A stretch of DNA of 32,000 nucleotides from an uncultured archaeon. GTDB lineage: Archaea; Asgardarchaeota; Thorarchaeia; Thorarchaeales; Thorarchaeaceae. The DNA lies in the NCBI GenBank assembly GCA_964354495.1, contig CAYHAA010000003.1, positions 179,754 through 211,753 on the forward strand, read 5' to 3'. Positions 20,823 through 29,835 of the stretch are shown here, in pieces (within the stretch, counting starts at the first letter, position 1; every line of letters begins with the position of its first letter). The notes below the pieces were generated by a model that saw only the letters and a list, made by a program, of their open reading frames with translations, was not told the origin of the DNA and did no database searches. Both the position numbers and the translations under genes were made by a program.

Positions 20823-23800
20823 CTAGATCATCTCCTTGAGTCTGAGCCGGGTAGCAAGACCCAATGACATCATCTCTTGTATCAGTAGTTTGAACGCATA
20901 CGAAACCACAACACTACTGATCTTGGCGTTCGAGCCACAGATTGGACAATAGTATTGGTCTTTGTTTCGGTCATAGACACCGATGAGTCCGCACTCCTCA
21001 CAGACGAGCATGTTGCTCTTGTCCGACTCATCCAGAAGACGACCTTTGAGGAGGATAGCAGCACCATGCCCGATGAGTACATCACGTTCCATCTCTCCAA
21101 ACCGAAGGCCACCCTCGCGAGCGCGACCTTCAGTTGGCTGACGTGTCAGAATCTGGACAGGGCCTCGTGCTCTGGCGTGTATCTTGTCGGCCACCATGTG
21201 ATGCAACTTCTGATAGAAGATGACACCCATGAACACGTCGACCTTGAGTCTCTCTCCTGTGATACCAGAGTACATGGTTTCGCGGCCATTGTGTTTGAGA
21301 CCATGCTTTCGGAGTATATCGAACAGCTGCTCCTCAGTGACACCGCAGAACGGTGTTGCATCCTGCTGTTTGCCATCCATACATGCAGCCTTACCAGCAA
21401 CCATCTCCAGAATCTGGCCGATGGTCATTCGGCTTGGGATAGCATGAGGGTTGATGAGCAAATCTGGTACTACACCATCCTCAGTGAATGGTAAGTCCTG
21501 TTGTGGCACAACATAGCCAATGACTCCCTTCTGCCCATGACGCGATGCATACTTGTCACCGAGCTCTGGAATTCGCAGGTCACGTACTTTCACTTTGACC
21601 AGACGATTGCCATCAATGGTCTCCGTGAGAATTACGCTGTCCACAACGCCAGCCTCTCCGTGACGCACAGCCACAGAGGTTTCGCGGCGGTTGGGGGATG
21701 ATATCTCGAATTCCGAGTATTCTTCAAGGAATCGTGGAGGAGAGGTTCTCCCAATGAGCACATCGCCTCCCTGTACTTCTACTTCGGTTTCAATGATTCC
21801 GTCTTCACCAAGATTCCTGTACGACTCTGAAGCTCTGTACCCTCTGACGCTGCGATCTGGAATCTCGAACCTGTCTTCCTGACCACCGGGGTACTTACGT
21901 TCTTCACTCTCATAGACTCGAGCGAAGGTGCTTCTTCCTAGACCTCTCTCAATGGAGGCCTTGTTCATAATGAGGGCATCTTCAATATTGTATCCCTCGA
22001 AAGACAAGATTGCTACAACAAAGTTCTGTCCTGCAGGTCGCTCCTCGTAGCCAATAGAGTCCATGGCGCGCGTCTTCACAAGAGGCACCTGAGGATAATG
22101 GAAGAAATGGGACCGGGTGTCTGCACGGTATCTGAAATTCGCTGCTGGTACCCCGACAGACTGCTTTGCCATTCCGGCCATGTACACATTACGTGGGGAC
22201 TGATTCCTCTCGGGGAACGGTATTAGTGCTGCAGAGATGCCAAGGATCGTAGATGGCACAATCTCAAGATGAGTCGTGTTTGGACCTATGTCCGGAGGAT
22301 ACATAGCAATGAGGGTGTTTTCTTCCTCCTCAGCATCGATGAACTCTACAATGCCATTTCGCATTAGGTCTAGAAAGCCCCACTCTCCGTCTACAACCAT
22401 ACGCAAGTGCTCATCAGTAAGACGGCTCTTTCCATTCTCGACAACAATCACGGGTCTTCTTACTCGTCCAGGATCACAGTTGACCTGAACCTCATGGGTG
22501 TCCTCGTAGTAGGCAACATTGGTCTGGTTATCAATCTCGCCAGCACGGCGTTTCTGCCGGAGTGTCTTCACCAACACTTGTGGTGCAGGATGAATTCCAA
22601 CAAGCCGTCCATTGAGAAAGACATCTGATCCCTTCCGGCCACGTTTGCCGTGGAGCTTCTCGATAGGTTCAACTTCTGCATTAATCATAGCACGCTCGAT
22701 TATCTCTTCTTCAGTTCCAACTGAGATGTATGCCATCATTGCGAGGTTCTTTACAAGACCACAGTTTGGACCCTCGGGTGTTTCATTTGGACATATTTTG
22801 CCCCAGTGAGTGGAATGCAGGTCTCGAGCCTCGAAATGAGGCTGTGATCGTGATAGAGGCGAAACCACCCTTCGTAGATGTGAGAGCGATGAGATGTAGT
22901 TAGTACGATCAAGAAGCTGGGATACTCCTGCCTTGCCTCCAACCCAGTTGCCTGTGGCAAGAGCGTGTTTCAATCTCTGCGTAATCACGTCTGCTCTGAC
23001 TGCCGTGCGAATGTTCGGTTTGCGACCTCGAACTGCTGTACGCTCAAGCTGATACTTGATATCACGGGTCAAAGAATAGAGTGCGACCCTGAATAGTGAC
23101 ATGAGTAGGTCACCAGAAAGTTTCAATCTCTTGTTAGCATAATGGTCTTTATCATCTTGTTCTCGTTTTCCCAGAACTAGCTCAAGCAGTCGTTCAACCA
23201 TCTGACCGAGATAGTACGCCTTTTGAAGTCGGCTGTCATCTTCAGTTCCGATGTGAGGGAGCAGGTAACGGTCAAGCACCTTTTCAGCACGTGCAAGTCT
23301 GTACTCCTTTGTCTGACCGACTGCAACACGTTTTCCGATGAAGTCAAGAGCGTTGACACGAGTAGATTCCTCCTCTTCATCCCCAGTGGCGTTGATCGGT
23401 GCAGACTGCTCAATTGTGACAATCAGTTCGTTTCGGATCTCATCGTCATCAGAGATTACATCTACAATCTCCCTATCAGATTCAAGGCCCAGGGACTTCA
23501 TTAAAATGGCAAGGGGAATCTTTCCTGGAACCGAGGGAAAAGAAACTCTCAGTTCACCGGTCCGCTTTCTCTCAATAGTGACAGGAGCTCTGAAACCACG
23601 GGATGTTGAGAAGACCTTGGCAACGTGGGTAAAGCTTGAGCTCTTGCTGGCCTCCTCGATGAGAATTCGATTTGGCGCCAAATCTTCCTGTGTCACTAGA
23701 ACACGCTCAGATCCGTTGATTATGAAATAGCCACCGGGGTCCTTTGGATCCTCACCAAGGGCAATCAATTCAACATCAGTCTTGCCGTGAAGGTGGCACT

Positions 23801-24194
23801 GTTCGCATCGAAGCATGATTGGCATGTTACCAATGTAAATCTTCAGGGTCTCAAGTCGGGTTGATACGGACCCCTCCTTTCGAACCGGGGTCATGTTCAG
23901 GAAGAGCTTGCTGGCGTACGTGAGGTTTCTAATCCTTGCCTCGTTGGGAGTCAGGTTGTGCTCGCTCCCATCAGCCTCTCTGATTGTGGGTCTTCCTATC
24001 TCGATATCGCCCAATTCTACAACATAACCCTCGATCTTAGGAGTCAGCTTTCCAACACTGTCGACTACTTGCTGAAGCTCCTCTCGTATGAACCGATTAA
24101 ACGAGTCAAGATGTTGGCCGACTAGTCCGTAATGGTCGAAGAACGCCTCAATGACTGGCCAATACTTTTCTCGATCTTTAGTACCCGACGCCAT
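20823..24194 (-). CDS. rpoB: RNA polymerase subunit Rpo2 (B), unsplit
   Basis: GGYFIINGSER, CPNETPEG, GDKYASRHGQKG, REGGLRFGEMERD, C-terminal CEEC..CPIC zinc finger. Confidence 0.98.
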   Translation of the reverse strand: MASGTKDREKYWPVIEAFFDHYGLVGQHLDSFNRFIREELQQVVDSVGKLTPKIEGYVVELGDIEIGRPTIREADGSEHNLTPNEARIRNLTYASKLFLNMTPVRKEGSVSTRLETLKIYIGNMPIMLRCEQCHLHGKTDVELIALGEDPKDPGGYFIINGSERVLVTQEDLAPNRILIEEASKSSSFTHVAKVFSTSRGFRAPVTIERKRTGELRVSFPSVPGKIPLAILMKSLGLESDREIVDVISDDDEIRNELIVTIEQSAPINATGDEEEESTRVNALDFIGKRVAVGQTKEYRLARAEKVLDRYLLPHIGTEDDSRLQKAYYLGQMVERLLELVLGKREQDDKDHYANKRLKLSGDLLMSLFRVALYSLTRDIKYQLERTAVRGRKPNIRTAVRADVITQRLKHALATGNWVGGKAGVSQLLDRTNYISSLSHLRRVVSPLSRSQPHFEARDLHSTHWGKICPNETPEGPNCGLVKNLAMMAYISVGTEEEIIERAMINAEVEPIEKLHGKRGRKGSDVFLNGRLVGIHPAPQVLVKTLRQKRRAGEIDNQTNVAYYEDTHEVQVNCDPGRVRRPVIVVENGKSRLTDEHLRMVVDGEWGFLDLMRNGIVEFIDAEEEENTLIAMYPPDIGPNTTHLEIVPSTILGISAALIPFPERNQSPRNVYMAGMAKQSVGVPAANFRYRADTRSHFFHYPQVPLVKTRAMDSIGYEERPAGQNFVVAILSFEGYNIEDALIMNKASIERGLGRSTFARVYESEERKYPGGQEDRFEIPDRSVRGYRASESYRNLGEDGIIETEVEVQGGDVLIGRTSPPRFLEEYSEFEISSPNRRETSVAVRHGEAGVVDSVILTETIDGNRLVKVKVRDLRIPELGDKYASRHGQKGVIGYVVPQQDLPFTEDGVVPDLLINPHAIPSRMTIGQILEMVAGKAACMDGKQQDATPFCGVTEEQLFDILRKHGLKHNGRETMYSGITGERLKVDVFMGVIFYQKLHHMVADKIHARARGPVQILTRQPTEGRAREGGLRFGEMERDVLIGHGAAILLKGRLLDESDKSNMLVCEECGLIGVYDRNKDQYYCPICGSNAKISSVVVSYAFKLLIQEMMSLGLATRLRLKEMI

Positions 24195-24221
24195 AGAGTA
24201 ATCACACCGTGAATGTGTAGG

Positions 24222-24309
24222 ACGGGGGAACTATCGCTAGCACACACGCTTCCCAACGCATGGAACCCAGAAATCCGAGCTCGTACATCTGCCGCAATAG
24301 CCGCCCCGT
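24222..24309 (-). ncRNA. Predicted Y-shaped structured RNA in the rpoB leader
   Basis: Closing stem ACGGGGCGGCTAT/ATAGTTCCCCCGT (12 of 13 pairs) extended by TGCGGCA/TGCT-A-GCG; hairpins GAGCTCGG/CTGGGTTC and CATGC/GCGTG. Manual folding only. Confidence 0.45.
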
Positions 24310-24362
24310 TTGTTGTTTACTCTGACAGACTCTGCTTTGGTCCCCACCCATATCGAGGCCGA

Positions 24363-24471
24363 TGGCGGGCTCGGCGGGATTTGAACCCGCGGCCCTTTCC
24401 CGAGTCAAGAGAAGAACCTCTTGCTCATCAGGTTAAAAGCCTGCTGCGCTACCTATCTGCGCCACGAGCCC
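24363..24471 (-). tRNA. tRNA-Lys(TTT) with a 30-32 nt intron at a non-canonical site near 43/44-44/45 (within 24396-24427); encoded CCA
   Basis: Acceptor GGGCTCG/CGAGCCC, D-stem GCGC/GCGC, loop CT-TTT-AA, T-arm GCGGG-TTCAAAT-CCCGC; the insert forms a hairpin after the anticodon stem. Confidence 0.9.
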
Positions 24472-24806
24472 CTGATGTCTAGGCGGTTCCCAGCTGTTCA
24501 CCTTCGGTGCTCTATGCATGACAACGAGTACCATGAAATGTGACTTATGGCCATGCATGAATGGGAAGCAGTTCTGCCTGAGCAGCGGACGGAAAATTCA
24601 GTAGCCATAAAAGGATTCCGATAAAACACATGAATGGCGTGACAGCTAAGGGCGGTCTGGCGATGTACGCCACCGATACTATACGCTATGGACTGTAATA
24701 AACTTACGCTGTCATCTAGCTTCAGTGATCGACTCACAAAGAAGATGCATGATGCAGATTCTTTTTTGATTCTTGATGTGAAAACGATGTATTCTCGACC
24801 GATGCC

Positions 24807-24814
24807 TTTAATAG
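24807..24814 (+). promoter_or_regulatory. TATA box of tRNA-Asp
   Basis: TTTAATAG about 30 nt upstream of the tRNA 5' end. Confidence 0.55.
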
Positions 24815-24842
24815 AATTTCACGCTTGCAGCAGTCGAAACTC

Positions 24843-24949
24843 GCCCCTGTAGTGTAGTCCGGCCTAGCATTTAAGACTGTCAATCCGAGCGGATTGACGC
24901 TTGAAGCAGACCTCTTGAGACCCGGGTTCGAATCCCGGCGGGGGCGCCA
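24843..24949 (+). tRNA. tRNA-Asp(GTC) with a canonical 37/38 intron (24883-24911, 29 nt); encoded CCA
   Basis: Acceptor GCCCCTG/CGGGGGC, anticodon stem TAAGA/TCTTG, BHB helix CTGT/GCAG with bulges CA|A and AC|C, T-arm CCGGG-TTCGAAT-CCCGG. Confidence 0.95.
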
Positions 24950-25031
24950 CTTCTTCTACTTGTTCTCCCTGCAAGATTCTCATGACCCACATCGTGACTG
25001 ACATAAGGAATGATGAACACAGCACAGTACT

Positions 25032-25496
25032 ATGATGTCCTGCATCGAGATGCTAGTCAATCACAATCTTACTGTCAGAAGCTCGATACTAGAAACGTTA
25101 GAGGGATTAAGTAACGAGGACGTCGTGCGTGATCTGGGAAGTGAGATTGGATCCATTCGAAACATCCTCGTACATCTGATTGACACTGAGAGATATTGGA
25201 TCTCGGTCTTGAGAGAGAAGAAGAGCGTGCGTCTTAATCCTGCAGACTCCGAAACCATAGGGGACATCAAGGCGGCCTGGTGCGAAACAGAAGAACTTAC
25301 AAAGGGATTTCTAAAGGACTTGAATCAAGAGCAGCTTAGTCATGTCAGGTCTGTGAGGCGCGCTGGAAAGACCGTCTATTTCACGGTAGCAAAAGCCCTC
25401 ATCCATTTGGCTGCCCATGAGATCCATCGCCAAGGACTGATTGTTGGGCTTATCAGGCAGCTTGGACTTAATGCACCCGATACAGACATGTTATAG
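25032..25496 (+). CDS. DinB/YfiT-family protein
   Basis: SIRNILVHLIDTERYW and IHLAAHEIHRQG His motifs in a four-helix fold context. Confidence 0.88.
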   Translation: MMSCIEMLVNHNLTVRSSILETLEGLSNEDVVRDLGSEIGSIRNILVHLIDTERYWISVLREKKSVRLNPADSETIGDIKAAWCETEELTKGFLKDLNQEQLSHVRSVRRAGKTVYFTVAKALIHLAAHEIHRQGLIVGLIRQLGLNAPDTDML

Positions 25497-25508
25497 GAGT
25501 TGCGTACA

Positions 25509-26507
25509 ATGACTGAGTTTCTGGACTCATGTTTGGCAGCCATCAAGGCACAGGAGAAGTCAATTGCTGACACCCTGAAGAATGTAGATGTCGAAAGAGC
25601 GTCCTGGATTGCTGCTAAGCGACAGGTCATTCTCGTGGGTGCTGGTGACTCCTATGGAGTCGCGGATTTTGGAAGGTGGGCATTACTCAGTGCGGGTATG
25701 AATGCGTGCTCGGTTTCACCAACAGAGATTGCGTACCTTCCCTTGGACTCTGAGTGTGTCGTAATCTGCGTGACTGCCTCCGGCAGGAGCCTCTCAACAC
25801 TAGCTGCAATACGCATCGCTAAGACACATGGAGCTACTATCATTGTACTCACAGATGACCCAAATGGAAGAGCTGCAAAGGAGGCTTCAGACGTATGGAT
25901 CACAAGAGCCGGCGTACAATCGTACAATGTGAGTCCGGCCTCTCCAACTACCACAGCTATGGCATATCTCCTCAAGGTTGCCTCTGGACTGAGTAGCCCA
26001 ATCAAGAGGGATTTGCAGCATGATGTCAATCGTCTATCGGGATTTGGTAGAGAGATGTTGGCATGGGCCGAACAAGAAGGTACTGCAATCTCGACCATGA
26101 TATCGCCAGAAACCCCCTTGTATATGATCTCTGATGGCCCCAACTATGCAGCAGCTCAGATTGGGATGATGAAGTTCAACGAGTTCTCAATTCTGAAGGG
26201 AATCGCCGCTCTTCGGGAAGAGTTCTGTCACCATCATGCCCTGTCAATCGGGGAGAGAGAGCAAGGCATTCTCATATCAACCAGTCCTCCATCAGCCGGC
26301 GACAAGTTGTATCTGGGGATTCTATCCGACACTCTGAAGATGAGAACGCATCATCTTCACAGTGATCTGGGCTTGAGAACAGCTCTTGCTCAGGCAATTC
26401 CAAATACAATTGCGCTGCAGATGGCCGCGCACTATACTGTGCGTCGCTTCAAACCAGATATGGAAGGTTTCAAGATGCCTCATGCAAAGGCATTCCAGAT
26501 CTATTGA
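25509..26507 (+). CDS. Two-SIS-domain sugar-phosphate isomerase (GlmS C-terminal/FrlB-like)
   Basis: VGAGDS, CVTASGRS, A-x-x-E-EFCHH, tandem SIS domains; SD AGGAG before ATG 25509. Confidence 0.85.
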   Translation: MTEFLDSCLAAIKAQEKSIADTLKNVDVERASWIAAKRQVILVGAGDSYGVADFGRWALLSAGMNACSVSPTEIAYLPLDSECVVICVTASGRSLSTLAAIRIAKTHGATIIVLTDDPNGRAAKEASDVWITRAGVQSYNVSPASPTTTAMAYLLKVASGLSSPIKRDLQHDVNRLSGFGREMLAWAEQEGTAISTMISPETPLYMISDGPNYAAAQIGMMKFNEFSILKGIAALREEFCHHHALSIGEREQGILISTSPPSAGDKLYLGILSDTLKMRTHHLHSDLGLRTALAQAIPNTIALQMAAHYTVRRFKPDMEGFKMPHAKAFQIY

Positions 26508-26559
26508 ATTTCTACCTTCAAGGGAAGACCTATCAATATCCAACAAATCGTGAGGGACT

Positions 26560-27519
26560 GTGACAGATCTATCAAGACTCCTCCAAGAGAGTGGAACTCC
26601 AGAGAGACGCAGATTCATTGCCGACTACATCTATGACCATTCGCATGAGTTCGAGTCATTACTTGGTAGTACGTTCGAGAACGATGATGATTTGAAAGGG
26701 CATATACTTGACATTGTGGACCTCCTGAATAGTACTCTGATGGTCCGTGTCATAGAGAAAGCCGTCATGGACGATGATGTGCAGACCCGAATAAGAGGGC
26801 TACAGGCAGCATATAGAAGCAGAGTCGACTCGGTCAACGTACATGTCGCACAGATCCTGATGGCCGAAGAGGAGGAGTTTGAAGCACGAAAATGGGCTCT
26901 GCATATCTTGGGAAGCACGGATCCCGACTACTACAGCCAGATGATAAGAAAGATGGCACGTGATCGCTCTGAAGACCTCAGACTACGAAAGGAGGCAGTC
27001 TTCGCCCTCACTAAGATTGTGAATGATAAGACACTGGGGACTCTCTGCACACTCTTGGGTGACTCTAATGTTGAGATACGACGGTCCGGGGCATGGGCCC
27101 TCAGCAATGTTGGAGCCCCAGAGTCCGTTAGCTGTCTTTTGGCTGCCTTAGATGATGAAGACGAAGATGTCCGGGACTGGGCAATACGCGCACTTCGTGA
27201 TATGGATGATGCTCATGCATTGCAGGGACTTGCTGATGCAATTCATTCAAGCTCTCCAGCGGAACAGGTGAGAATGATTCGATTAGCAGTAGAGCGGCGG
27301 TCAGAGGTCATTCTGAGAGTTATTGCAGAGCTTCTGGGTTCGCAAGAGCTTGATGTCAGACGTACTGCTGCATGGGCATTGAGCGTGTCGCCATACCCGC
27401 CGGCCGTGCCAAGTCTCAAGACGCTTCTTGATGATCAGGATGAGCAGACCAGAGATTATGCAAGAGTAGCTCTGATTAGGAGCGGTGGTCTTGACCCCAC
27501 TGAGCTGACCTTAGAATAG
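26560..27519 (+). CDS. HEAT-repeat (PBS lyase-like) protein
   Basis: Repeated L-x-D-x-x-x-x-VR-x-x-A-x-x-AL units. Confidence 0.88.
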   Translation: MTDLSRLLQESGTPERRRFIADYIYDHSHEFESLLGSTFENDDDLKGHILDIVDLLNSTLMVRVIEKAVMDDDVQTRIRGLQAAYRSRVDSVNVHVAQILMAEEEEFEARKWALHILGSTDPDYYSQMIRKMARDRSEDLRLRKEAVFALTKIVNDKTLGTLCTLLGDSNVEIRRSGAWALSNVGAPESVSCLLAALDDEDEDVRDWAIRALRDMDDAHALQGLADAIHSSSPAEQVRMIRLAVERRSEVILRVIAELLGSQELDVRRTAAWALSVSPYPPAVPSLKTLLDDQDEQTRDYARVALIRSGGLDPTELTLE

Positions 27520-27520
27520 A

Positions 27521-28288
27521 CTACATCATTCCTTTGAACAAGCCACCATCAACAAGCAAGAGTGCACCATGGACATAGCTTGCAAGAGGACTCAGTAGAA
27601 AGGCACAGACTCTGCCAAATTCATCAGGTGTTCCCATTCGTCCAAGAGGAATTCTGGCTACAGTCGCTTCTTCTGCAGCATCACCCTTGGATTTCGCGGC
27701 TGACATCAATTGCCTGACACGTTCAGTGTGTATGTATCCAGGACATACGGCGTTGGTTCGAATGCCATCTGGTCCAAGCTCCTCAGAGAGTGTACGCATC
27801 ATCCCTATTACTGCGGGACGGAGTGAATTGGATAGTAGCAGGTTTGGAATAGGTTGTTTGACAGAGATTGATGTGCTATAGAGAATGGACGGGGCATCAG
27901 ACTTCTTCAGAAGAGGAATTGCCTCCCTGGTCAGGCGAATTGCACTCATCAGAGTGAGGTCGATTGCCTTCGACCAGTCATCATCTGAAATCTCAGTGAA
28001 TGTCCCTGGAACCGGCCCTCCTGCATTCACGAAGAGACCATCCAGCTTGGATGTCTGCTCCCTTGTGAAGTTCAGCAAGGCAGTCACATCCGCAGGCGTT
28101 GCAACATCTGCAGCAAAGTACTGACATCTAGTTCCAAGGGAGGAGGCTGCGTCCTTCAAGGGCTTCTTACTTCTCCCGCAGATTATGACATTAGCCTTCT
28201 CTCCTACAAGAGCCTTGGCTACACCAAAACCTAGTCCTCGAGATGCAGCTGTCACCAGGATTGTTCTGTCCTCTAGTTGCAGATTCAT
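27521..28288 (-). CDS. Short-chain dehydrogenase/reductase (FabG-like)
   Basis: TAASRGLG, VNAGGP, NAVCPGYI, PLGRMGTPDE, LLVDGG. Confidence 0.92.
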   Translation of the reverse strand: MNLQLEDRTILVTAASRGLGFGVAKALVGEKANVIICGRSKKPLKDAASSLGTRCQYFAADVATPADVTALLNFTREQTSKLDGLFVNAGGPVPGTFTEISDDDWSKAIDLTLMSAIRLTREAIPLLKKSDAPSILYSTSISVKQPIPNLLLSNSLRPAVIGMMRTLSEELGPDGIRTNAVCPGYIHTERVRQLMSAAKSKGDAAEEATVARIPLGRMGTPDEFGRVCAFLLSPLASYVHGALLLVDGGLFKGMM

Positions 28289-28338
28289 AGTTCTGTATTA
28301 TGTAACAAGAACCTGATAAAAACCACGAATACGTCAAT

Positions 28339-28641
28339 CTATGCTGCTTCAGGTGTTGCAGAACGCTCAGTTCGTGCCCCGAACGTGACCTCTAGATGCA
28401 GAAAGGTTGAGCTCAGACGCTGGAAATCGTTCGGAACTTTGAATTCACCAATCCCTGTTGTATTGAGTGCCCTATCGACCTTAGCCGTTGTCAGACGTCC
28501 GTTATCTTTTGAGTTGAATGCAAGAAGGATTCTCGTTTCTTCTTGGTCTGGTATCTTATACACAGAAGAACACTTGATACCACTGCTGGATAGGGCTTGT
28601 CTGATTTTCGTCTCTAGTTCGTTCATCACTATCTGCACCAA
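28339..28641 (-). CDS. Hypothetical protein, about 95-100 aa (start possibly ATG 28626)
   Basis: Fills the intergenic gap co-oriented with the SDR; protein-like composition. Confidence 0.65.
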   Translation of the reverse strand: MVQIVMNELETKIRQALSSSGIKCSSVYKIPDQEETRILLAFNSKDNGRLTTAKVDRALNTTGIGEFKVPNDFQRLSSTFLHLEVTFGARTERSATPEAA

Positions 28642-28825
28642 ATACTCGTCACGTCAAGGATACTAAAGCACCTGTATTAATGGGGTATTACTCACTAAGA
28701 GCGCCAATCACATGTCAGTAGTTATGGACTTCACTCACTCGTTCCTAGTAGGACTCTCAATTGCGTTCATGCCCCCTTTGATAAGACTCCTATAGGGGCA
28801 CTGAATACAAGCAGAGCGTGAAAGA

Positions 28826-29809
28826 ATGGACAAGGAAGGATATCGCAGATACTTGATAGATCGGGAACAGCCGATTCCGGAGGATGAGATTATTGAAACA
28901 ACAAAGATGGTTGAGAAGTTCGAAGACTATCTGAGGCAGTCTGGAAAGAACCTTGAGACGGCATCTGCAAAGGAAGTAAACAAGTTCTCAAAATTGCTGA
29001 TCGATGAGGAATTGAACACCTACACCAGCTATGTAGCGATGTCAAGGTATGGGCATTTCATCAAGAATATGGATTTGTTCCTTGCTGTTGTTGAGCTTCT
29101 AGATGGAGCAGAAGTGATGAATGTCCTCAATGAGCGACTTGGAGAGCATGTCGGTGAAGCAAAACGCGACAAGATTCTACCAAAGGCAGAATTACCTCCG
29201 CTAGGACTTCCATCAATGGAGAAGATTGGCATCACTCATAGAGTGTTGAGGAAGATGGATAGGGTCTTGACTCCTGATGAGTGCAAGAAGGTGCTCACTG
29301 ACGTCGCTCATGGACTACCTCGTGATTTCAGGAAGGGAGAACAAGAGAAATTCCTGAAAGCAGGTGGTATTGATGAGTATCTGCGTGAAGAGAGAGAGAA
29401 TGGTATTGCAGAGCTACAGAGACACAGGGATAATGGAACTCTCTTCTTCAACCAATATATCACTGATGATGTCATCGGTTTTGTAAGAAGCCGTCCTGAT
29501 GTCCTGGTTGGTGAGAGAAGAGGGAATACCATCTACCATACAAAGATTCCATACATGGCTAAGGAGTATCTTGAGGCAACTGATGAGAGGATGAAGAGAT
29601 ACTATGCTTGTCACTGTGCGTGGGCAAGAGAGTCGATTTTGAAAGGTGGCGAAGTATCAGCTGAGTTCTGTCACTGCAGCGGCGGCTTCACAAAGCAATC
29701 GTGGGAAGCAGCACTCGATCGACCTCTTGAAGTCGATATGGTGAAATCAGTGCTCCAAGGAGATAATGAATGCAGCTTCATTATCCATCTTCCCGATGAT
29801 ATCAAGTGA
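28826..29809 (+). CDS. Hypothetical protein with a C-terminal Cys-ligand V4R/DUF6144-like domain
   Basis: YYACHCAWAR, EFCHCSGGF, SVLQGDNECSFII. Confidence 0.75.
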   Translation: MDKEGYRRYLIDREQPIPEDEIIETTKMVEKFEDYLRQSGKNLETASAKEVNKFSKLLIDEELNTYTSYVAMSRYGHFIKNMDLFLAVVELLDGAEVMNVLNERLGEHVGEAKRDKILPKAELPPLGLPSMEKIGITHRVLRKMDRVLTPDECKKVLTDVAHGLPRDFRKGEQEKFLKAGGIDEYLREERENGIAELQRHRDNGTLFFNQYITDDVIGFVRSRPDVLVGERRGNTIYHTKIPYMAKEYLEATDERMKRYYACHCAWARESILKGGEVSAEFCHCSGGFTKQSWEAALDRPLEVDMVKSVLQGDNECSFIIHLPDDIK

Positions 29810-29835
29810 TGTGAGGAAATCGGAGTCAGGTCTTG

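Noticed and set aside
23350-23400. Acidic insertion in Rpo2 (INATGDEEEESTRVNA) flanked by TCAACGC repeats as a hidden in-frame intron
   Set aside because: No BHB or inner stem can be drawn; the repeat is explained by two Asn-Ala codon pairs.
24222-24309. 5S rRNA (GGCGGCTATTGCGG resembles a 5S 5' end)
   Set aside because: Only 88 nt, and it lacks the 5S loop C CCGAAC-type motif and helix IV/V pattern.
24202-24737. ORFs 24202-24408, 24213-24482 and 24498-24737 as rpoH or other genes
   Set aside because: The first two overlap tRNA-Lys; none shows Rpo5 or other motifs.
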